In this document: one piece after another, positions 8,593-16,310 of the stretch
Layout: each line of letters opens with the position of its first letter
Numbering within the stretch: position 1 is the first letter of the stretch
Source: an uncultured Erysipelotrichaceae bacterium
Lineage (GTDB): Bacteria > Bacillota_I > Bacilli_A > Erysipelotrichales > Erysipelotrichaceae
Assembly (NCBI GenBank): GCA_964457525.1
Contig: CAYWGS010000001.1
Coordinates: 1 to 32,000, forward strand
Direction of reading: 5' to 3'
DNA: 32,000 nucleotides
Program-made: the position numbers and the translations under genes
Notes under the pieces: generated by a model
Told to the model about the DNA's origin: nothing
Seen by the model: the letters and a program-made list of their open reading frames with translations, nothing else
The model's database searches: none

Positions 8593-10340
8593 TTTTAATC
8601 TATGGACTTATCATTATCTATGTCATTTTATTAATCCTACCCTTGTTAGGTGGTTTAATTTCGTATCTTAAGGATAAAGCTCAACCAATTCATATTGATC
8701 AAACTCGTATAAAAGATCCACGTTATTTTGCGAAGTCGTTTACGCGTTTATTTAATGAAAAATGGGAGAATTATGATCGTAAAAGTGATTTGTTCTTCTC
8801 CAAGAAAGAGAAAGTCATCTTAGCAGATGAAACAGAAATCTTTGAAGAAGAGTGTAATGGAATCGTAGTGGCAGAACGTCATGACTTTATTCCAAATCAA
8901 AATATTAATTTTAATAAGGAAATAATGTCATTAAATCACGCATATGTTTATGGTGATATTCAACTACGTGCCTTAAAATCCCAAAAGGATTGTGTCTTAG
9001 GCAAAGGTATTAATGTCGTTCGTTGGGTGGATGCGGAAGGTTATCTTCTGGTTCATGATCACTGTAATCTTGGATTAAGTGCGAGTAGTGCAAGTGTATT
9101 AACAGTTGGCAAGAATGTAAACTTTAAGCGACTTTATGCCCCTATTATTAACTTAGGGATGACTAAAATCGTTCCTCACGGTCATTCAAGTTATAAGTAT
9201 GCATTAGTTCCTTCATTAGTACGCAAACATGAACATGACATAAATGATTCTATGGTTGATGAAAATCGCATAGCGAACTTTTCTGTTGTATCCAAGAAGG
9301 AAGTTCTAATTCATGAAAATATAACCTTACAAGGACATATCCATTCGGACAAAGGAATAAGAATTCAAGATAACAGTTTTATCTGTGGGAATGTTTTCGC
9401 AAATAGAGATATTTATGTTGGAAAGAATGTTGTGATACTCGGGAATGTATTTACCCATGGGAATATCTATTGTGAAGATGGCGTTACCATCGGTCAGGAA
9501 CATCACACCAGTTCGATTGTTGCTGGTGGTAGAATTGATTTCAGCTTAAATTCAATGGTTTATGGTTATGTTCACAGTGAAGAAGGTGGAGTTGTTTATA
9601 AACTAAGTATTTCTGATGATGATATTCGAAATGAAGTGGCGAATGAGGAACGTCGTTATGGAATTAGTGAAGAAGATAAACTTCATCATGTTGCACATAC
9701 GATGAATGAATATAATTATGAACATCCTGTTGGATTTAGGTATGATTTATCCTTAACTGAAGTCATTATTCCAGAAGGTGTTGAGTTCATACGCAGAAGT
9801 ATGTTCTTTGGTTGTAAAAATCTTGTAAAAGTTGTTATTCCAAAAAGTGTTAGAGTCATTGAAGACTATGCCTTTTTCGGTTGTGAAAGTTTAAAAGAGA
9901 TTGAGTTTGAATCATCCATTCATATTCAATCAATTGGTAAATCTGCTTTTGAGAATTGTACATCTTTAGAGAATTTTGTTCTTCCTGAGTTTGTAAGAAA
10001 AATAGAATCCAGTACATTTTCAAATTGTAGAAATCTCAAAAACATAACCATTCATAAAGACGCTTATCTAGACACAATTGATAGTCATGCCTTTAAGGAT
10101 TGTGTTAGCTTAGAACAATTTATCTGTCCAGATTTTGTAAGTTCACTTGGACAAAGTGTTTTCTATGGCTGTATTAATTTAAAAGAGATTCATTTACCTA
10201 AAGCCTTATTGTGCTTGGGTGATTATGCGTTCTATCAATGTGATCAAGTCAATTCTAAAAATATAAGTAAAGAAATACTTAATCTTATGAAAAAATCAAA
10301 AGGAAATCCAGATTGGGCAGAGGAAGTTAATTATGCTTAA
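8589..10340 (+). CDS. Single-TM protein with a bactofilin-like beta-helical middle region and seven C-terminal BspA-type leucine-rich repeats
   Basis: 583 aa. N-terminal TM MILIYGLIIIYVILLILPLLGGLISYL. The middle region reads GNVFANRDIYVGKNVVILGNVFTHGNIYCEDGVTIG. LRR units follow. A GGAGG RBS is present and the ATGA start overlaps the GT2 stop. Confidence 0.75.
   Translation: MILIYGLIIIYVILLILPLLGGLISYLKDKAQPIHIDQTRIKDPRYFAKSFTRLFNEKWENYDRKSDLFFSKKEKVILADETEIFEEECNGIVVAERHDFIPNQNINFNKEIMSLNHAYVYGDIQLRALKSQKDCVLGKGINVVRWVDAEGYLLVHDHCNLGLSASSASVLTVGKNVNFKRLYAPIINLGMTKIVPHGHSSYKYALVPSLVRKHEHDINDSMVDENRIANFSVVSKKEVLIHENITLQGHIHSDKGIRIQDNSFICGNVFANRDIYVGKNVVILGNVFTHGNIYCEDGVTIGQEHHTSSIVAGGRIDFSLNSMVYGYVHSEEGGVVYKLSISDDDIRNEVANEERRYGISEEDKLHHVAHTMNEYNYEHPVGFRYDLSLTEVIIPEGVEFIRRSMFFGCKNLVKVVIPKSVRVIEDYAFFGCESLKEIEFESSIHIQSIGKSAFENCTSLENFVLPEFVRKIESSTFSNCRNLKNITIHKDAYLDTIDSHAFKDCVSLEQFICPDFVSSLGQSVFYGCINLKEIHLPKALLCLGDYAFYQCDQVNSKNISKEILNLMKKSKGNPDWAEEVNYA
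9762..10250 (+). repeat. Seven tandem 23-25-aa BspA/LRR_5-type repeats encoded inside CDS 8589..10340
   Basis: Units: VIIPEGVEFIRRSMFFGCKNLVK / VVIPKSVRVIEDYAFFGCESLKE / IEFESSIHIQSIGKSAFENCTSLEN / FVLPEFVRKIESSTFSNCRNLKN / ITIHKDAYLDTIDSHAFKDCVSLEQ / FICPDFVSSLGQSVFYGCINLKE / IHLPKALLCLGDYAFYQCDQV. Confidence 0.8.
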
Positions 10341-11382
10341 ATCTAAAACGATGAGTTTTATACTCCTTATCCTATTTCTTGGTGTAAGTGTCCTATTCAC
10401 GATGGTTAATAATTCGATGAAACTAAGCTCTCCAGAAAATACGATTATTGAGGAAAAAGTTGGATTAAAGGGATTACCCTACGGTGTTGAGTTATCCCAA
10501 ACGATTCTATTAGAAGATGATTTATATATCTATTATGAAGATCGAATTGTGGAGAAGTATTTTAATGATTCTAGTATCAATAAAGAATCGATTGAACGTA
10601 TAAATTTGTTCTTCAATTCATTACCTGATTCCATTCATAAAACAATTTCTTTAACCCCAATGGCAATAACCTATGAGAATGTTAAGGTAAATCAAGATTC
10701 TATTGAAGCACAATCTGAGATAAAAGAAGGTTTAAACTCAAACATCAATTGGATTGATATTCATCCAATATATGAATCAAAAAAGGAAGAGTACTTATAC
10801 TTCCGTACAGATCCCCGAATTACGAGTTTAGCCGCGTATTATATTGCTCAAGAGTTTCTATCTACGAAAGGCATTAACATCATTCCTTTATCCGATTATC
10901 GAGAAGATCGTAGGGCAAAGGTATCTGGTATTTATATGTATTTACCAGGCTCACCTTTAAACCCAAGTCATGAAGATACAGTAGTGAGTTATTTCCTTGA
11001 TGGAGCCACAAACCATCAGCTTGTGACAACTCGTAAATCGGATGATGTGACTGAAACCTTTGAATCCCCAACGATTGCGATTTCTCGACGAGGTTTAGAT
11101 ATATTTGTTGAGAGTAACTTATCAGATTCAATTCTCTATGGAGATGGAACAGATAATACAATTATCGTGATTGGAGATTACAACGCAAAAGTAGTGAGCA
11201 CTTGGTTAACACCTTACTATGAACATGTGATTGTGATTAACTCTGCTTTCTATACAAAGTCACAATCAGAATTCTTTGAATTATTTGAAACGTATAATAT
11301 TACAGATGTATTGTTAGTAGAATCGATTAAGAATATCGGTGATTTGAGTGAGAATAGTAAATTGAAACGTATCTATGAGTAG
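10333..11382 (+). CDS. Membrane-anchored exported protein, DHHW/AlgX-AlgJ-like with a degenerate catalytic motif
   Basis: 349 aa with an N-terminal anchor SFILLILFLGVSVLFTMV. LYFRTDPRITSLAAYYIAQEF aligns by eye to the family signature Y-x-K-T-D-H-H-W-T-x-x-G-A-Y-x-A, with DHHW replaced by DPRI (10810-10821). Confidence 0.6.
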   Translation: MLKSKTMSFILLILFLGVSVLFTMVNNSMKLSSPENTIIEEKVGLKGLPYGVELSQTILLEDDLYIYYEDRIVEKYFNDSSINKESIERINLFFNSLPDSIHKTISLTPMAITYENVKVNQDSIEAQSEIKEGLNSNINWIDIHPIYESKKEEYLYFRTDPRITSLAAYYIAQEFLSTKGINIIPLSDYREDRRAKVSGIYMYLPGSPLNPSHEDTVVSYFLDGATNHQLVTTRKSDDVTETFESPTIAISRRGLDIFVESNLSDSILYGDGTDNTIIVIGDYNAKVVSTWLTPYYEHVIVINSAFYTKSQSEFFELFETYNITDVLLVESIKNIGDLSENSKLKRIYE

Positions 11383-11397
11383 TAATAGGAGCTTATT

Positions 11398-12006
11398 ATG
11401 AGTCAAAGTCTTATTGAATTATTCCACTATTTTAGCCAAGTTACACGACTCGATTTAACTTCTTTTAATTCGCTTCCAATCAATTTATTTTTAAGTTTAT
11501 TCTTTTGCTTATGTGCTTTCTTTGGTTATAAATCAGTACGATATCTATTCTCTTTAATAATATTTACTCTCACAATACGACTTATAACCTTCATCTTAGA
11601 AGGTAGAACAGAGTGGATTTACATCGCTACTACATTCTCTGTATTATCCGTTGTGTTTGCATTTATGGCTTATTTCTCAAAACGAATAAGTGTGTTAGTT
11701 GTGGTTGGGTTATTGGTTTTTGGTAGTTTAAATGCATTTAATCTACATTGGATATTTGTTTTATTCATAAGTATTGGTTTAGGTCTTATCGCATATTTCT
11801 ATCCACTGATAACAGTGATACTTATTACAAGTACACTCGGTTCTTATGAATTATTACAGGGTATGGATTATTCAAACTCCAATTACATCTATATGCTTAT
11901 TGGTTTAATCATCATTAGCCTCTTATTTCAGTTTCTAAGTAATCAAGAAGGAAGAGTCTTTCTTAAAAAGATCAAAGGTAAATTGTATGGATCAAGTTTA
12001 TCGTAA
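11398..12006 (+). CDS. Polytopic membrane protein (about 5-6 TM), family not recognised
   Basis: 202 aa and hydrophobic throughout. An AGGAG RBS is present. The 3' end overlaps the VTC gene start by 20 nt. Confidence 0.65.
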   Translation: MSQSLIELFHYFSQVTRLDLTSFNSLPINLFLSLFFCLCAFFGYKSVRYLFSLIIFTLTIRLITFILEGRTEWIYIATTFSVLSVVFAFMAYFSKRISVLVVVGLLVFGSLNAFNLHWIFVLFISIGLGLIAYFYPLITVILITSTLGSYELLQGMDYSNSNYIYMLIGLIIISLLFQFLSNQEGRVFLKKIKGKLYGSSLS

Positions 12007-12664
12007 AGAACTTAAATATGTTATTTCACTTGAGAAAGTGTTTCGAATACGAAACCGATTATCTTCTTTTTTAGACTATGACACCTATTCAAATGAAGAG
12101 GGATATATCGTTCGAAGCTTATATTTTGATTCGATTAACGACAAGGATCTATTTGATACATTATATGGATTAAATGATAAACACAAAATTCGATTACGAA
12201 TTTACTCAGTTCATGATCAACAAGTCAAACTAGAATGGAAACGTAAAACAGGTTCAGATTCACATAAGGTTACTCTAATCATTACAAGAGAGAATGCGGA
12301 ATCGATGATAAATGGAGATTATGAGTTTCTTAGATCGATGGAAAATGATCAAGCACTTTCAATCTATCACATTTTGAAAAGAGAAGCGTATAGTCCAAGA
12401 ACGATTGTGGAATATAAACGTGTTGCGTATGTGCATCCAATAAGCAATATCAGAATATGTTTTGATTATCAACTTAAGGCGAGCTTAACACCCTTTAATT
12501 TCTTTGAAGAAAACATTGGGGTTTTACCAATCTTATCCGTTGATCAAGCTGTATTAGAAGTGAAATACGATGATTATCTACCGACATTGATTAAGGAAGT
12601 TCTATCACCGATGGATGAATTATCACAAGCAAACAGTAAATACGTTCAAGCAAGAATGTTATAA
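11987..12664 (+). CDS. VTC-domain (polyphosphate polymerase-type, triphosphate-tunnel) protein
   Basis: 225 aa with no TM. RKELKYVIS...GYIVRSLYFDS...HKIRLRIY...VKLEWKRKTG...LEVKYD matches the bacterial VTC (PF09359-type) pattern, including alternating acidic/basic tunnel strands. Confidence 0.75.
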   Translation: MDQVYRKELKYVISLEKVFRIRNRLSSFLDYDTYSNEEGYIVRSLYFDSINDKDLFDTLYGLNDKHKIRLRIYSVHDQQVKLEWKRKTGSDSHKVTLIITRENAESMINGDYEFLRSMENDQALSIYHILKREAYSPRTIVEYKRVAYVHPISNIRICFDYQLKASLTPFNFFEENIGVLPILSVDQAVLEVKYDDYLPTLIKEVLSPMDELSQANSKYVQARML

Positions 12665-12676
12665 AAGGAGAAAAAT

Positions 12677-13348
12677 ATGAATGATTTGATACAACAGTTT
12701 TTACTAAATGACCAATCACTTAGTACGACAACAATTCTCATTAATAATAGTGTCGCATTGGTTGGGGCTTTGTTTATTATGTTTACATACAAAGCGAGTT
12801 ATTCAGGTTCAGCGTATAGTCGTAAGTTCAATGTTTCCTTAGGGATGATTACACTCATTATTACAATGATTATGAGTTTAATTAGCAGTAATATTGCATT
12901 GTCCTTAGGTTTAGTTGGTGCTCTTTCCATTATCCGTTTCAGAACAGCGGTTAAGGATGTTAGAGATGCGACATTTATCTTCTGGTCCATTGCTTTAGGG
13001 ATTGGATGTGGTGTATCTGAATATTTACTCGTAAGTATTGGATCTTTATTCATCTTTGTTTTCCTTATTCTTCTTAAACAACTTGGGACAAATGAAAGAC
13101 ATTTACTCGTAGTTCGTTGTCAAGCAAACGCTCAAAGTCGTGTTGAAAGTATCGTAAGTGAAACCTTTAAGAAGGATGCTCGTTTATCAATGAAAAATGC
13201 AACACCAAACAGTGTTGAATATGTTTACGCTTTAGTGGAATGGGATAAGAAGTCTAAAAACAAAGCAAATATTGTGGAAAGCTTGCTTAAAGTTGAAGGC
13301 GTTCTTAATGTAAATCTTGTAGAACAAACGGATGATATTGGTCGTTAA
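12677..13348 (+). CDS. DUF4956-family membrane protein
   Basis: 223 aa. The membrane half carries LGLVGALSIIRFRTAVKDVRDATFIFWSIALGIGCG, the DUF4956 signature as I recognise it, followed by a soluble C-terminal domain. An AAGGAG RBS is present. Confidence 0.7.
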   Translation: MNDLIQQFLLNDQSLSTTTILINNSVALVGALFIMFTYKASYSGSAYSRKFNVSLGMITLIITMIMSLISSNIALSLGLVGALSIIRFRTAVKDVRDATFIFWSIALGIGCGVSEYLLVSIGSLFIFVFLILLKQLGTNERHLLVVRCQANAQSRVESIVSETFKKDARLSMKNATPNSVEYVYALVEWDKKSKNKANIVESLLKVEGVLNVNLVEQTDDIGR

Positions 13349-13351
13349 CAA

Positions 13352-14713
13352 ATGAAAAAAATTATTGGACTCGGTTTGATACTCTTATTTTTAGGAAGCT
13401 CATGGATTGGGGGATTTTTCGTTGCGGAAGATCACAAAACTCAACCTGCTCAAACAGTCCTACCTTGTGATGTTAATTGTACAAATCTTCCAATTATCCT
13501 GATTGATACTAAGGGTGAAGTTATTAAAAAGGATTCTAAGGTCAATGTCGAAGTTAAGGTCATAGATAATGAAGATAAGAATTCGATTGAACTAACACCA
13601 GATTTTATCAGTGACGCAACAATTAAGTATCGTGGTAATTCATCCTATGGTACTTTTGATAAGTTTCAATATCGTGTTGAGTTCTTTGATGATATTGCGA
13701 AAGATGATAAGCGCAATTATCCATTGTTTGGCATGACTAGAGAGAGTGATTGGGTCTTATATGGTCCATTCTTAGATCGAAGTTTATTACGTAATCGACT
13801 CATGTATGGCTTATCCAAAGATTTACTTGAATGGGCACCGGATACACGTTTCTTTGAACTCTATGTAGATGATGAATATCAAGGGGTATATCTTGCGGTT
13901 GAACCCATCACAGCGAGTGAAAATAGAATTGGTTTAAATCAGTTTGGGCTATTATCAGGAGAAACACCTTATATTGTTCGAAGAGATCGTGTTGGGACGA
14001 ATCATCAAGTAATACAAACGTATGGAGAAATAATGGGATACACCTCAAATGAGTTGAGTATCGATTATCCAGGTATAAATAATCTTACATCCCAACAATA
14101 CGATTGGATTACACAGGATGTTAGTCGATTTGAAGAGACACTTTATTCAGATTATTTTGATCATCCTGAACTCGGTTATGAACACTTAATAAATATGTCT
14201 TCATTCGTGGATTACTTTATTCTCAATGAATTTGCGATGATTACGGATTCAAGTGAATTATCTACATATGTATATAAGGATCTTGGTGGTAAATTAACTT
14301 TTACAGTCTGGGACTTTAATAATGGGTTTAATAATTATCAATGGACAGATCAATCGTATGAACGCTATTTTAACTTAGATGCGAACTGGTTTGATCGACT
14401 TATTCAAGATCGTAAGTTTGTCAGTTCTATTGTGGAGCGTTATCGTACATTACGTAAGGGAATACTCAGTGATGCTGCACTCATGAATCGAATTGATCAA
14501 GAGGTCTTAGACTTAGGAGATGCGGTCAATCGCAACTTTGAAGTCTGGGGCTACACGTTTAATCAAAATCTTTTATCTAAGGATAGTAATGGATTAATAC
14601 GTGATCCTAAATCATATGAAGACGCAATCAATCAATTAAAGGATACGATTCTAAAACGACTCAATTATATGGATAATACGATAGAAGATTTGTATACTTA
14701 TTGTATTAACTGA
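13352..14713 (+). CDS. CotH-family atypical kinase-like protein, exported or membrane-anchored
   Basis: 453 aa with an N-terminal hydrophobic anchor KIIGLGLILLFLGSSWIGGFFVA. IKYRGNSSY...FQYRVEF, DWVLYGPFLDRSLLRNRLMYGLS, YVDDEYQGVYLAVEPI, VWDFNNGF are CotH (PF08757-type) blocks. Confidence 0.8.
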   Translation: MKKIIGLGLILLFLGSSWIGGFFVAEDHKTQPAQTVLPCDVNCTNLPIILIDTKGEVIKKDSKVNVEVKVIDNEDKNSIELTPDFISDATIKYRGNSSYGTFDKFQYRVEFFDDIAKDDKRNYPLFGMTRESDWVLYGPFLDRSLLRNRLMYGLSKDLLEWAPDTRFFELYVDDEYQGVYLAVEPITASENRIGLNQFGLLSGETPYIVRRDRVGTNHQVIQTYGEIMGYTSNELSIDYPGINNLTSQQYDWITQDVSRFEETLYSDYFDHPELGYEHLINMSSFVDYFILNEFAMITDSSELSTYVYKDLGGKLTFTVWDFNNGFNNYQWTDQSYERYFNLDANWFDRLIQDRKFVSSIVERYRTLRKGILSDAALMNRIDQEVLDLGDAVNRNFEVWGYTFNQNLLSKDSNGLIRDPKSYEDAINQLKDTILKRLNYMDNTIEDLYTYCIN

Positions 14714-14719
14714 TAAACA

Positions 14720-15913
14720 ATGAGAAAAACAAAAATAAGTGTCACAATTATATTCGTATTACTACTCTTATTGAGTAGTTTTTTCCTTTATCGAAAGAAT
14801 GCTCAAGAAAAGATACCAGTATATCAATTAGAGATTAATTATTATCAAAGTATTATTCATCATGAACAGGCTTGGTTAGATTCAACTCAACTAGATAATG
14901 GAGCGTATCCATTTAGACCCCTTGTAAACAATCGTGCAGATGTAAATCCATATTTCTCATCCATGGCTGCCTATAGTCTATTACTTGGGAACACCTTTTA
15001 TTCAGATAATGTGTATGAATACATGGCTTGGTTATTTACCCAATTGAATACAAGTTCAGAAGATCCTTATCAAATCGATGGAACACTCAGTAATATACGT
15101 ATGACTCAAGAGAATGGTCAAATCAACGAAGAGAAGTTTGACTATGATTCAGTTGATTCCTATACTGCATTATTCATAATTCTGTTAGATTATGCTTATG
15201 ATACCGATCCTAGATATGAGTTCTATCAAACCAATGAAGGATCGATCATACGTTTGTTCAAAGCTTTATTATCAACTCGTGCTGAGAATGGATTATCCTA
15301 TGTGAGTGTTGGAAATAAAACACAATATACCATGGATAATGTGGAAGTAAACTATGCCATTAAAAAGGGGATTAACCTTTTAAACAATTTACTTGAACTA
15401 TCCAATAATCAAGAACTTAAAGAGATACAAATAGAACTTGAAGAATGGTTAATTGATAATACACAAGCCATAGAAACAATTCTATGGAATCCTGCCCAAC
15501 AGAAATATCGTATCGCAATCGATAAGAATGGAAATGAAGTAGAATTTAAATCATGGGATAATTTCTATCCAGATGCGATGGCACAATTATTTCCAATTGT
15601 ATTCAATGTAATCGAACCAGACTCAGAGCGAGCGAAAGAACACTACATACAATTTGTATCGAACTATTCATGGGAAGATTTCAAGTTCAGAGAAGGATTC
15701 TATTGGACTGTTGTTTCAACGATTGGCGCAATGATGGATGATACTGAGAGAGTTAAGACTTATTTAGATTACTATCAAGAACATATTATGAGTAATCATG
15801 ATTATCCAATCTACAATGCGGAAGTTGCTTGGATTATTCAGACTTGTCAAATTATGATCGATAAGTATGAAGATAAAATTGACCAAGTCGATCCATTAAA
15901 ACTCTTTCACTAA
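14720..15913 (+). CDS. Membrane-anchored exported protein of unknown function (possibly an alpha/alpha-toroid, glycan-active fold)
   Basis: 397 aa with an N-terminal anchor ISVTIIFVLLLLLSSFFLY. The AWLDSTQLDNGAYPF motif is reminiscent of alpha/alpha-barrel repeats, so the fold call is weak. It is the last gene before the hairpin at 15912. Confidence 0.6.
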   Translation: MRKTKISVTIIFVLLLLLSSFFLYRKNAQEKIPVYQLEINYYQSIIHHEQAWLDSTQLDNGAYPFRPLVNNRADVNPYFSSMAAYSLLLGNTFYSDNVYEYMAWLFTQLNTSSEDPYQIDGTLSNIRMTQENGQINEEKFDYDSVDSYTALFIILLDYAYDTDPRYEFYQTNEGSIIRLFKALLSTRAENGLSYVSVGNKTQYTMDNVEVNYAIKKGINLLNNLLELSNNQELKEIQIELEEWLIDNTQAIETILWNPAQQKYRIAIDKNGNEVEFKSWDNFYPDAMAQLFPIVFNVIEPDSERAKEHYIQFVSNYSWEDFKFREGFYWTVVSTIGAMMDDTERVKTYLDYYQEHIMSNHDYPIYNAEVAWIIQTCQIMIDKYEDKIDQVDPLKLFH

Positions 15914-15936
15914 AAGATATTGAAAAATATCTTTTT
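15912..15936 (+). terminator. AT-rich terminator hairpin closing the nine-gene operon
   Basis: AAAAGATAT (15912-15920), a 6-nt loop, then ATATCTTTT (15927-15935). The T tract is largely inside the stem and there is only one G-C pair, so the terminator is of modest strength. Confidence 0.4.
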
Positions 15937-15992
15937 AAATATAGAGTGTTATGTTACTATATCACTATACGATATATCACGAGGCGAGTGTC

Positions 15993-16310
15993 ATGGAAAT
16001 TTCACCATCATTATTTTATTTTCTATTAGTACTCAGTAATCCACTCCATGGATATCAAATCATGCAAGAAGTGGAGAAAGCATCTGGTGGGCAAATCACG
16101 ATGGGGGCAGGTACCTGTTATGGGCTAATTGCTCGTTGTCAAAGTGAGAAACTCATTGATTTAATCGAGGAAGTGGATCGAAAAAAGATCTATCGAATTA
16201 CGAGTAAGGGGAGAGCTTTACTTCAGGGTGAAATTAATCGATTAAATAAGCAATTAGAGATGACTCGAAAATATGCGGAGGAAAATCATGTTAGAAGTCT
16301 TAAAGTATGA
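15993..16310 (+). CDS. PadR-family transcriptional regulator
   Basis: LLVLSNPLHGYQIMQEV...GTCYGLIARC...IYRITSKGRALL is a typical PadR winged helix. I prefer ATG 15993 (GAGG RBS 7 nt upstream) over the ORF-track start at 15951, which lies in the promoter region. Confidence 0.8.
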   Translation: MEISPSLFYFLLVLSNPLHGYQIMQEVEKASGGQITMGAGTCYGLIARCQSEKLIDLIEEVDRKKIYRITSKGRALLQGEINRLNKQLEMTRKYAEENHVRSLKV

